Virus record (IMG/VR): IMGVR_UViG_3300017818_000007
Location: 117,868 to 181,867 of that record
DNA length: 64,000 nt
Direction: 5' to 3' (one strand)
Source of the DNA: a virus
The position numbers and the translations under genes were made by a program. This document shows positions 20,315 to 29,128 of the stretch, in pieces; position 1 is the first letter of the stretch; every line of letters starts with the position of its first letter. Below the pieces are notes generated by a model. It saw only the letters and a list, made by a program, of their open reading frames with translations, did no database searches and was not told the origin of the DNA.

Positions 20315-20802
20315 TGTATGAAGTTAACGAAGACTTTATTACAAATGTAGACGAAATTATGATGCTAGTAAAGGTGCATGAACAAGACGGCAAATTTACT
20401 AGAAGAGGCAAAGGCGCAAAAGAAAGGCACGAAACAAAGTACGGTACAAGTAATTTTAGTTCATTATTTCAAAAGGATATGAACGAAGAATTAGTTGAAA
20501 CTATTTGGAAGACCATACCAAATGAACGTAAATGGTGTTCGCAGGTAGTAGTAAACAAATATCAACCTGGTGATTGGCTAATCAAACACCAAGATAGTGC
20601 AGGAGGATATTGGAAGTTTAAGTTAGTTTATCTAACACAAGGCTTGCCGCACTTTAAATACTGGGACCAAGATGGAAACGAACATCTAGTTCAAGAGAAA
20701 AAAGGAGCAATGTTTGATATGCCGATTGATACTTGGCATGAAGTGACAAAAATAGAAAAAGGTGAAGATCCAAAATATAGTCTTTGCCTGATATGGGAAT
20801 AA
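20314..20802 (+). CDS. 2OG-Fe(II) oxygenase-like protein
   Basis: HxD (KHQD)...H (WHEV)...KYSL pattern; start moved to the TAATG-coupled ATG at 20314. Confidence 0.62.
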   Translation: MYEVNEDFITNVDEIMMLVKVHEQDGKFTRRGKGAKERHETKYGTSNFSSLFQKDMNEELVETIWKTIPNERKWCSQVVVNKYQPGDWLIKHQDSAGGYWKFKLVYLTQGLPHFKYWDQDGNEHLVQEKKGAMFDMPIDTWHEVTKIEKGEDPKYSLCLIWE

Positions 20803-20806
20803 AGAT

Positions 20807-21280
20807 ATGGCAAACAAAAGTATGACATTAATGTTTAATAAATCCAACGGTGTAATGATTGGAGGATTTGAAACGGATCAAACGCCTTCACAATTTTTAG
20901 AAGGAGTTAGATATAAAACATTATCTTATGATCCTGACACTCATGCATATGTAGGTGATTATGCAACTGGCGGACTACAACCAATTGTAGACGATGGCAA
21001 TTCAACAATTGACGAAGAACTTTTAGATCAAAATGTTCAAGAAAATATTATTTTAGAATATCCATTATATACACAACTTAATATTATTATGGATGTTTTA
21101 CATAACAATGGTGACATTGTTAAAACAAAAGAATTCCTAAAGATGATGCAATTCATTGAAGACGAACGTGCTAAGAATAAGGCTAGAAAAGAAGTTTATA
21201 AAGATGCAAGTTCACCGTACAACTATACTTCAAAAGAAGAAGCACAACAAGAAGTCAATAAACGACTAGATTTAGATTAA
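20807..21280 (+). CDS. Hypothetical protein (possible tail-fibre assembly factor)
   Basis: Intact 157-aa ORF inside the tail-fibre block; function by context only. Confidence 0.45.
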   Translation: MANKSMTLMFNKSNGVMIGGFETDQTPSQFLEGVRYKTLSYDPDTHAYVGDYATGGLQPIVDDGNSTIDEELLDQNVQENIILEYPLYTQLNIIMDVLHNNGDIVKTKEFLKMMQFIEDERAKNKARKEVYKDASSPYNYTSKEEAQQEVNKRLDLD

Positions 21281-21293
21281 GGTAAATACACTT

Positions 21294-23066
21294 ATGCCAT
21301 ACATAGTAAACACATATAACGGACAGCAAATTGCAATAGTAAATGACGGTACTATTGATCAAACTACTGATATTAAACTTATTGGTAGAAACTATGCTGG
21401 CTTTGGTGAAATTCTTAATGAGAATATGGTTAACCTCATGGAGAACTTTGCAGGAACTACTCCTCCACCAAGACCGGTTGCAGGACAGATTTGGTATGAT
21501 TCCGCAAACAAAGTTCTTAAATTTTATGACGGCAACCAAATGCGTATTGCAGGCGGCGCCGAAGTAGGTATTTCACAACCATCAGGATTAGCAAAAGGAG
21601 ACTTTTGGTGGGAAGAAGATGGTGAACAGTTATATGTTTTTAATGGTGAAGATTTTATTCTAGTTGGTCCGGTGACAACAGGCGGTGAAGGAGTTTCACA
21701 GGTTAGTGTTGCAACAATTAAAGATACACTAGCAAATGATAGAACAATTCTTAAAGTCACAGTACAAGACCAAGTTATTAATATTGTTTCAAAAGACGAG
21801 TTTACTATTGATAATAGCGTAAACCCAATTACAGGTTTTAGTGCTATTAAGAAAGGTTTAAACCTTGCAAGTAAAACTACATTCCCTGGTATGCGTTATT
21901 GGGGTACAGCAGAAGATGCAGATAATTTAGGCGGTATTCCTGCTTCTCAATATATTTTAAATAGCGGTTTGCAACAGTTTAGTGATGTTGTTAGTTTCTT
22001 AAATGATAACGGTATTACACTAGGTGCTGGTAGTGATTTAAAATTACACATTACTGGTGGCGACCAGGTTAATATTACTAACCAAGTTGGTAATACAATC
22101 AATTTTAATGTTAACACAATTGGCGCAGGAGCAGTTAAAGTAGGCCAATTTACGAGTACTAACTTTTTACCTGGATCAGATAATACAGGAAGTATTGGTA
22201 ATGCAAATACTAAATGGGCAACTGGATTCTTTTATGATATAACACTAGATACAAACGGAGCATTAAACGGTAATGTTGTAGGTAATGTCACAGGAAACGT
22301 CACAGGTAATACAACAGGAACACATAACGGTAATGTTCAATCTACTATTGGTGTAAGCACATTTAATGACGTCACAGTAAGCGGAACACTTACAGCAGAT
22401 CTAACAGGTACATCAACAACAGCAACAAAACTAGTTGTTGACGGTGGAAGTGGGTATGCATCAACAACAGCAGTACCATCGGGTGCTGATAAAACATCAA
22501 TTCCTGCACGTGACTCTAACGGCGAAATTACAGCCACAGTGTTTAACGGTACAGCAACAAACTCAAGTGCTTTAGATAGTGTCCCAGCAGATATTTTAGC
22601 AACAGCAAATACTATTGCTAAACGTGATTCACAAGGTGATATTACAGCACGTAAGTTCTTAGGTACAGCAACAGCGGCACAATTTGCTGACTTGGCTGAG
22701 AATTATCTAGCAGATAAAGCATATGATGTAGGTACTGTACTAATCTTAGGTGGTGAATATGAAGTCACCGAAAGCAGAGGACAAATGGATTCAAGAGTTG
22801 TTGGAGTTGTATCAGATAAACCAGCACACCTAATGAACAGCGAGTTAGAAGGCGAGTTTGTTGTTCCAGTAGCACTAAGAGGTAGAGTACAAGTTAAAGT
22901 TGCAGGTCCTGTACGTAAAGGTGATATTTTAATTACTAGTACAATGGCTGGTATAGCAACAGCACTTACAGAAGATAGTGCAGTTCCAAATGCAGTATAT
23001 GTAATTGGAAAGTCAATTGAATCTAATCTAAACTCAGAAGTTAAACTAGTAGAAGTAGTTGTATAA
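21294..23066 (+). CDS. Tail fibre protein 4 (paralog) with C-terminal intramolecular-chaperone/peptidase G2-like domain
   Basis: Shared N-terminal module; C-terminal ADLAENY...VVGVVSDKPAHLMN...VALRGRVQVKV. Confidence 0.72.
   Translation: MPYIVNTYNGQQIAIVNDGTIDQTTDIKLIGRNYAGFGEILNENMVNLMENFAGTTPPPRPVAGQIWYDSANKVLKFYDGNQMRIAGGAEVGISQPSGLAKGDFWWEEDGEQLYVFNGEDFILVGPVTTGGEGVSQVSVATIKDTLANDRTILKVTVQDQVINIVSKDEFTIDNSVNPITGFSAIKKGLNLASKTTFPGMRYWGTAEDADNLGGIPASQYILNSGLQQFSDVVSFLNDNGITLGAGSDLKLHITGGDQVNITNQVGNTINFNVNTIGAGAVKVGQFTSTNFLPGSDNTGSIGNANTKWATGFFYDITLDTNGALNGNVVGNVTGNVTGNTTGTHNGNVQSTIGVSTFNDVTVSGTLTADLTGTSTTATKLVVDGGSGYASTTAVPSGADKTSIPARDSNGEITATVFNGTATNSSALDSVPADILATANTIAKRDSQGDITARKFLGTATAAQFADLAENYLADKAYDVGTVLILGGEYEVTESRGQMDSRVVGVVSDKPAHLMNSELEGEFVVPVALRGRVQVKVAGPVRKGDILITSTMAGIATALTEDSAVPNAVYVIGKSIESNLNSEVKLVEVVV
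22287..22318 (+). repeat. 32-nt exact repeat, copy 2
   Basis: Identical to 19028-19059. Confidence 0.85.
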
Positions 23067-23109
23067 GGCGTTTTAAACGCATTTTAAGCGTCATACAGCG
23101 GCGTTTATG

Positions 23110-23532
23110 CTATTCGCTAGTACTTGATGTATCAACGTGCATAACGCCTATTTTAGACGCTTGTAAGAAGTCTATTCCGTCATTACTGCGGTAATGCTCT
23201 CCAAAATAAACAGTTTTTATTCCACTTTGGTAAATCAATTTGGCACATTCAATACAAGGACTATGAGTAATAAACAGGTCAGCACCCAACCCACTCTCAT
23301 TGCTACGGGCCAATTTTGCAATAGCATTTGATTCCGCGTGTAATACTTCTGGTTTTGTTTTTCCATCTTCTTCACAGCAATTATCCCATCCACTTGGCAT
23401 TCCGTTATATCCATATGCAATTATACGATCGTCCTTTACAACAATAGCACCAACTTGAAGTCTTTCTGCGTGTGATAATTGTGCAAAACGTTTTGCAACG
23501 TCCATATATGCTTCTATAAATTTTTGTTTCAA
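23110..23532 (-). CDS. dCMP deaminase
   Basis: HAESNA and HSPCIECAKLI zinc-deaminase motifs; TTG start overlapping the thyX stop. Confidence 0.9.
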   Translation of the reverse strand: MKQKFIEAYMDVAKRFAQLSHAERLQVGAIVVKDDRIIAYGYNGMPSGWDNCCEEDGKTKPEVLHAESNAIAKLARSNESGLGADLFITHSPCIECAKLIYQSGIKTVYFGEHYRSNDGIDFLQASKIGVMHVDTSSTSE

Positions 23533-24206
23533 GTAAAATCCTTAGCCATAGGAAAGATCTTAGCAATGACTTCTGCACAAGCATGAGCAATTTCCATATG
23601 TTCTTTTTGTGTGCCATTGCCGCCGCGTAATTGAATATAGTGTACCCATGAACGCAATGTACCGTTCATATAAAGTCGCGTTTTAGTAAGTCCTTCTGGT
23701 AGAACTGCTCTTGCTTGTTCTTTTGCAATACCATTTTCAATGGCCCAGTTGTATGCTTCTTTTGCCGCTTCAATAACTTTGTGTTGCTGTGATTCCCAGT
23801 CATTGATTAGATTCATTTCTTCTTGTGTAGTACCTAGTGCAACACTGTTTTGTCTGTTCTTTTGATCTTGTAATCGTGCGTCACGAAATACGAACATATC
23901 ACCAAATTCATTTGGATTAGCATAACGCTGACTAAACTCTTGGAAACTAAACGAACGATGGCGCACAATTTGGTGTGCAATATCACGTGTAGTATTAATT
24001 TCTAAACAAGCATTAACCATTTCAAGTGGTGACCAATGTCCCCATTTAATTAGATAACCAATTAGTTTTTCTGCTGTTTCTTTATTATATTGGTTAGTAG
24101 GGTTTGAAACTCTTGCACAAAAAGCAATTAAGTCTTGTGCGTTTTCTAATCCTTCTTTTTCAAAATCTTCTGTTGGTTTACTGTACGATACTAATTTTAC
24201 ACTCAT
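23529..24206 (-). CDS. thyX: Flavin-dependent thymidylate synthase
   Basis: RHRSFSFQEFSQRY signature; HWSPLE; QARAVLP. Confidence 0.95.
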   Translation of the reverse strand: MSVKLVSYSKPTEDFEKEGLENAQDLIAFCARVSNPTNQYNKETAEKLIGYLIKWGHWSPLEMVNACLEINTTRDIAHQIVRHRSFSFQEFSQRYANPNEFGDMFVFRDARLQDQKNRQNSVALGTTQEEMNLINDWESQQHKVIEAAKEAYNWAIENGIAKEQARAVLPEGLTKTRLYMNGTLRSWVHYIQLRGGNGTQKEHMEIAHACAEVIAKIFPMAKDFT

Positions 24207-24209
24207 TTT

Positions 24210-24743
24210 TTATCCTAACGTTGTATTAAATGCTATTGATGTTTTTATCTCATCTTGATTATTTGGTTTTGATTGATGATGAATATGACCTGGAAACGTA
24301 ATAATATCTCCTTCATCGATACTTATCTCATATTCTTTATTTAAAAAACTAAAACTGGTTATAGGAGTTCCTTTAGGTAGATCAATAAAATAAACATTAG
24401 AAAATGTACAATTACCGTGAGTATGTAAACCATGATAATCGCCTTTTGCATATCTTTGAAACCAAATTTGTGTAAGATGTAAGTTTTGTTGATCTTGAAT
24501 ATTAAGTTTTTGAAATAAGTTTCTATTGTAGTTTTCTAATATTGGACCAATTATATCAAAATAAGGTCTAGGCATTTCTCTAGGCATATACCAATCAGTA
24601 TCAAGTAAACTTTGATTAACAGTTTCTAGTTTAAAACCGCCCATACTTTGAATAGCACTTAGTAAATCTGTTTTAATATCAGAGTGATTTAGTACTTTAC
24701 TTTTAAAAATAACAAAGCCAGGAAACTCATGAACCTCAATCAT
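24210..24743 (-). CDS. 2OG-Fe(II) oxygenase-like protein (TIGR02466-like)
   Basis: HTH...SNVYF...FPGHIHHQSKPN...KTSIAFN double-stranded beta-helix pattern. Confidence 0.65.
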   Translation of the reverse strand: MIEVHEFPGFVIFKSKVLNHSDIKTDLLSAIQSMGGFKLETVNQSLLDTDWYMPREMPRPYFDIIGPILENYNRNLFQKLNIQDQQNLHLTQIWFQRYAKGDYHGLHTHGNCTFSNVYFIDLPKGTPITSFSFLNKEYEISIDEGDIITFPGHIHHQSKPNNQDEIKTSIAFNTTLG

Positions 24744-25108
24744 TTTTTCTTTTTACCTTGTCTTTTTATTTTAAAGTTAACTTTTTTTGTAAATGCATCT
24801 CGAGATTTATTAATATTATCTACAAGGTCATCTAGTTTAATTGAAAAATCAATTGTTTCTATATTATTTTTGTGTTGTGTGATTATAGCGTTTACTCTTT
24901 TCGTAGCGACATCTAGCGAATGAGATTGTTTCACTATTTCTTGTACGTCTATAATAAACTTGTCTTTATTTTTGAGATTTAAAAGTAGATGTTTAACAAA
25001 CCGAATGGGAAGACTTTCTATATTAATTGTGTTTAGAACGTCTTCCCAATTGGCGTCGAAGTTTGATTCATCTACAAAAAGTTTTCCGCTTTGTGGACTC
25101 TTGTCCAT
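24740..25108 (-). CDS. Hypothetical protein (122 aa)
   Basis: Intact ORF coupled to neighbours. Confidence 0.55.
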   Translation of the reverse strand: MDKSPQSGKLFVDESNFDANWEDVLNTINIESLPIRFVKHLLLNLKNKDKFIIDVQEIVKQSHSLDVATKRVNAIITQHKNNIETIDFSIKLDDLVDNINKSRDAFTKKVNFKIKRQGKKKK

Positions 25109-25662
25109 TATGCATCAACTTTTTTCCTAGTAGAAGTTGTTTTCTTTTCTGCAGGGTCAATTTCATCTGCTCTACGTCTAAGATCTACAACCTCTTTATA
25201 AAGTGCATCTGCTCTTGCTCTGTAATTTTTAGCAATAGTTTTTTTAGATGTTTCTGAAGTATCTGTTTCTTCAGGTTTAATTGCTAACTCAGATACAGCC
25301 ACACCTTTTTGATTAGCAATTTCTTCGTTAAGTTTATCAAGTGTAATCCAAGTTTCCTTTTGTGGAGTTGGAGTCATTGTAATGTCCGCTGTTGGAACTT
25401 TAACAAGATTACCTGATCTACTTAAAGTTGCTAAAATGTTAGAGCCGTCTGAAAATTGTCTTACAGCAAGTACAGTAGCAATTTCAAATGCTTCTTGACC
25501 GTTGTTAGATTCAACTACCTTAAACACATCATCATGATATGAAGGGTTTAATCTTTCAACTGGAATTACTAATGCACTGTAAGGATCTCCCGGCAATGTT
25601 TTATAAGCAATTACAACTTTCTTACCATTATAATTACCTACGTGTTTGATTGCTGTTGCCAT
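25108..25662 (-). CDS. Hypothetical protein (184 aa)
   Basis: Intact ORF with AGGAG RBS. Confidence 0.6.
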   Translation of the reverse strand: MATAIKHVGNYNGKKVVIAYKTLPGDPYSALVIPVERLNPSYHDDVFKVVESNNGQEAFEIATVLAVRQFSDGSNILATLSRSGNLVKVPTADITMTPTPQKETWITLDKLNEEIANQKGVAVSELAIKPEETDTSETSKKTIAKNYRARADALYKEVVDLRRRADEIDPAEKKTTSTRKKVDA

Positions 25663-25674
25663 AAATTTTTCTCC

Positions 25675-25968
25675 TTAAGATTTAGGTGCTTCAGCGGGTG
25701 CTTCAGTACCTTCTTTTTCCTTTGGTGCTACTGCGTCAAGGAACTGTGTCAATCTGTTGTATGTATTACCAACAACTGACATTTCCGCCGCTTTGAATGT
25801 TCCACGTGAACTAGCAACATCAATGATTGTTTTTAAAGCCTGCAAGTCGGTCACAGTTAAGTCTGGAGCCGCTGGATTAGCAGGATTGGCAGGATTGTTT
25901 GGATCAGGTTTAACCTGTTCAGCCGTTTCTACCTTCGGCGCTTCTTGTGTTTTTGTTTCTTCATTCAT
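25675..25968 (-). CDS. Hypothetical protein
   Basis: Start moved to ATG 25968, which has an AAGGAG RBS. Confidence 0.55.
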   Translation of the reverse strand: MNEETKTQEAPKVETAEQVKPDPNNPANPANPAAPDLTVTDLQALKTIIDVASSRGTFKAAEMSVVGNTYNRLTQFLDAVAPKEKEGTEAPAEAPKS

Positions 25969-25993
25969 ATATGAATCTCCTTCGTACAATTAA

Positions 25994-26302
25994 TTATACA
26001 ATTTTAACTTGGTCGGTTGCAAGAACTGAACAAGCCAAACTAAAATAAGACACTTCTGAAGCATCTTCAAACCCAATTTGGTAAACATTTTCCATTTTAT
26101 TGTCTACCAAATACAGATCTTGAATAATAGCAAACCTTCCATTTAGGTTATTATATATCCAATCTCTAATATTATCAATAGTGTTAGTGTAATTCCATGA
26201 TTCAATTTTGAGACTTAACTTTTCAAAATGAATAGGCATAGTATCTAATTCTCTAATGTCTAAAACATTTAAAGGATTAGGATCCTGAACTAATAACCTC
26301 AT
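25994..26302 (-). CDS. Hypothetical protein (102 aa)
   Basis: Intact ORF with ATGA overlap to the VWA gene. Confidence 0.55.
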   Translation of the reverse strand: MRLLVQDPNPLNVLDIRELDTMPIHFEKLSLKIESWNYTNTIDNIRDWIYNNLNGRFAIIQDLYLVDNKMENVYQIGFEDASEVSYFSLACSVLATDQVKIV

Positions 26303-27579
26303 GCCGCCTCTTTTAAATCATAGTGACAAGTAATACCGTGTGGTGCTTCAATTGATGTATCTGAATGAATAATCCATACAGTTTCACAATAGTTTTCATC
26401 ACCCCAGTTCCACGAATAGCCATCTGTGAACACTAGGAGTTTTCTAGGAGTAATACCTTCGTCCTTCATAAAACGCCAGTTAGCATCAAAGTCTGTACCA
26501 CCACCGCCGTGTAATTCATACTCCTCAATGCTTTCGCCGCTGTCTGGAGTAAAGTCTTGTACATTATACACTTCTGTATCAAAACACCATACTTTAATTT
26601 TATAATCGTCGTATTGATCACAAATGCCTTTTACTTCACTTAAAAAGTCTTGTGCTTCACGTGAACCAATTGAGCCTGACATATCAAGTGCAATACACAA
26701 GTCAATAGTATCATCAAAGTCCATACCAGGCAATACTGCGGAAGTATGCCAACCTTTACGTGAAGGACGCATGAATGAATAGTTGCTCTTAATAGTAGAT
26801 TGAATCTGCTGATTAAGGATTTCTCGCCAGTTCATTTTAGGCTCGGTAAGTTCCTTAATAATACGTTGTACACCTTTAGGAATATTACCAACACCAGCCG
26901 CCTGTGCAGATGAAATCATTGCTTCTTTCATTTCATCACGGATTTTACGTAGTTCTTCTTTTGAGTATGTAGGTTGTCCGCCTTTACCTTTTTTCTTTTT
27001 AGTTTTACCGTTAGGACCTTGGCCTTTACCTTTTTCCCAATCAATATGTTCATCAAGAAGTTTACCTAGTTGATCAAGTTGTTCTTGATCGTACTTTTGG
27101 TAGATGTCATCATACACAGCCTCTGATGCCCAACCATAATATTTAGGATCATGGAATGGTTTAACTTGTGTAATTACTTCACCAATCTTATGACGTACTA
27201 AATCACCGTTAACACAATAGTCGGCGGCGATGTTATAAATTTGTGGTTCACGATCATCACGACGTGTAAAGTGATCATATACACAGTGTAGGATTTCGTG
27301 ACCAAATAAGAACTCAGTTTGTTTTTGTGAAAGTGTTTCTACAAAGTTTTCGTTGTAGTAAAAATTACGACCATCAGTTGCCGCAGTTGCACACCAATCA
27401 GTTGCATCAATAATTTTAAGACGTGTAGCAAGATTACCAAAAAATGGTTGACGAATAAGTAGAGCAATACGAGCAGTTGTTAATTTTTCTAATACTTTTG
27501 CACTATTGATAGAAGGATCTTTTTCATAGATCTTACCATCTATCATTGTTTGTTCTACTGCGGTTGTTTCTTGTGACAT
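26299..27579 (-). CDS. VWA-domain/putative metallopeptidase protein (DUF2201-like MoxR partner)
   Basis: HEILH (HExxH) motif in the N-terminal half; DMSGS MIDAS motif, GGGTDF and VFTDG in the C-terminal half. Confidence 0.85.
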   Translation of the reverse strand: MSQETTAVEQTMIDGKIYEKDPSINSAKVLEKLTTARIALLIRQPFFGNLATRLKIIDATDWCATAATDGRNFYYNENFVETLSQKQTEFLFGHEILHCVYDHFTRRDDREPQIYNIAADYCVNGDLVRHKIGEVITQVKPFHDPKYYGWASEAVYDDIYQKYDQEQLDQLGKLLDEHIDWEKGKGQGPNGKTKKKKGKGGQPTYSKEELRKIRDEMKEAMISSAQAAGVGNIPKGVQRIIKELTEPKMNWREILNQQIQSTIKSNYSFMRPSRKGWHTSAVLPGMDFDDTIDLCIALDMSGSIGSREAQDFLSEVKGICDQYDDYKIKVWCFDTEVYNVQDFTPDSGESIEEYELHGGGGTDFDANWRFMKDEGITPRKLLVFTDGYSWNWGDENYCETVWIIHSDTSIEAPHGITCHYDLKEAA

Positions 27580-27606
27580 ATCTTACTCCTAACTAACTAT
27601 ACTTAT

Positions 27607-27634
27607 AGTATAGCATCATACACGGTTTTGTCAA
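27607..27634 (-). promoter_or_regulatory. sigma70-type promoter for the VWA operon
   Basis: TTGACA-16 nt-TATACT with TG extension. Confidence 0.7.
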
Positions 27635-27635
27635 C

Positions 27636-28211
27636 CTAGAATTTGGCTAAAAATTGGTTTTGCATATCCATTTTGGCTTGCAAATACGAGTAAGATTCTT
27701 CCAATTCGAGTGGAGAATATTCCCCTGGCTTAAACACATATTCTACTGCTGAACTTGGAAGTTTTGAAGTTTTAAGACCATCTCCAGCATCAATTACATA
27801 CGGAAGTAAGTCTGTTTTGGATATAATTGCTACTGCATCTTTATCGCAAATTAAAAGAAACTCTGCATATGATTCCGGAAGTGTTCGTCCTTCACTACTG
27901 CCACGCGAGTTCATAAGTTGTAGTTCTGCAACGTGTTTTCTTGGTTGTTTCTTTTTAGAAGTAAAAAGACTACCATCAGTGTATTTCATTTCGATTGTAA
28001 TACCGTTAGGTCCAATGTGATCAACACCTTCTTCATTTACATATCGTAAATCTTGATTACTAAAAAGTTCTAGTGCTTTTTCAAATAAATCACTTTTATC
28101 AAAACGAAGTTTACGTTCATTTAGTTCGTCACCCACTTGGTCTACAAGTGTCACAAACTTATTCCAATCTACGTTCCATCTTAGCCAATGTGCTAGTTCT
28201 TTTGTATTCAT
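27636..28211 (-). CDS. Putative PD-(D/E)xK restriction-endonuclease-like protein
   Basis: E-x-A...EGVD-x7-IEMK spacing resembles a type II REase catalytic core; no search run. Confidence 0.45.
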   Translation of the reverse strand: MNTKELAHWLRWNVDWNKFVTLVDQVGDELNERKLRFDKSDLFEKALELFSNQDLRYVNEEGVDHIGPNGITIEMKYTDGSLFTSKKKQPRKHVAELQLMNSRGSSEGRTLPESYAEFLLICDKDAVAIISKTDLLPYVIDAGDGLKTSKLPSSAVEYVFKPGEYSPLELEESYSYLQAKMDMQNQFLAKF

Positions 28212-29026
28212 TTTTTAGAATTAATCCATTTAATTACTTGTTCGCTGTTCCCTGCGAAAATTCTATCTGAGTGTTCGGCAATCAAAGCATTCATTTCATC
28301 TAGATGATTTTCTCCTGCTTCACCGTCTACTTGTACAAAGAACAATTTTTTATCATTGTGTTTATCACAGTATTTTTTTGACTCTTGAATAAAAGATTTT
28401 GATTCACCTACTTGATGTACAGAAGTCACAGATCCTTCTGGACCACTGTATTTTAAAAACCCATAAGCATCTAAACTAGGAATATATGCGTCTACACTTC
28501 TTGCAAACTTTTTGTTTTCAACATCTTTTTTATTTTGTATCTCACCGTTAGCAACAGTGTATTCACCGTTAACTGGTTTATCAACAGCAATACCTGTATA
28601 CTTACGAAGCATTTCTAACTGTACATCTTCGTCAATTGATTGTCTTGTTGCGTCTCGACAGTAGTCAATTTGAATCCACGGGTGAGAGTCTAAATATATT
28701 TGTGACATTTTTTTGATGTCTGTAAACGTAATTTTATCTTCGTCACTAATACCTCTGTAAGAACAGTTCTTTGAAATACGTGAAAAGATAGTGTTCATAA
28801 CATTAGTGACATTGCGTCTTGTTGGAGTATCAATTGTTTTATCTCGACACTTCCATTTAATTTCGTTTTTAGAATTACGGGTCTTTTCAACTGCTAGTTC
28901 ATTTCCAGCAATTATTTCCCAAATTGATTTATCTTCTATTAGGTTAGATTGATTAGTTGCTTCACGACTTTTAATAATATTGTGAGCACCGTTTGTATTT
29001 TCGATTATGATTTGTTTTGACACCAT
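28208..29026 (-). CDS. Putative restriction-endonuclease-like protein (272 aa)
   Basis: C-terminal RSVDAY...GFLKY..G.S..HQ..E pattern recalls viral REase-like nucleases; weak call. Confidence 0.35.
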   Translation of the reverse strand: MVSKQIIIENTNGAHNIIKSREATNQSNLIEDKSIWEIIAGNELAVEKTRNSKNEIKWKCRDKTIDTPTRRNVTNVMNTIFSRISKNCSYRGISDEDKITFTDIKKMSQIYLDSHPWIQIDYCRDATRQSIDEDVQLEMLRKYTGIAVDKPVNGEYTVANGEIQNKKDVENKKFARSVDAYIPSLDAYGFLKYSGPEGSVTSVHQVGESKSFIQESKKYCDKHNDKKLFFVQVDGEAGENHLDEMNALIAEHSDRIFAGNSEQVIKWINSKK

Positions 29027-29053
29027 AATTCCCCATTTCTTAATTTATAGTAT

Positions 29054-29082
29054 ATTTTAGCAAATTATAATGTAGATGTCAA
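29054..29082 (-). promoter_or_regulatory. sigma70-type promoter for the two nuclease-like genes
   Basis: TTGACA-17 nt-TAAAAT with TG extension. Confidence 0.7.
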
Positions 29083-29102
29083 GTCTTTTGGTAAAATAGA
29101 AT

Positions 29103-29122
29103 GGGGGATCCGAAGATCCCCC
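29103..29122 (-). terminator. Intrinsic terminator after the MoxR gene
   Basis: GGGGGATC-TTCG-GATCCCCC hairpin followed by ATTCTATTTT. Confidence 0.8.
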
Positions 29123-29128
29123 TAGTAG

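Noticed and set aside
14139-23066. Diversity-generating retroelement acting on tail fibres
   Set aside because: No reverse transcriptase and no TR/VR pair differing at adenines seen in the window
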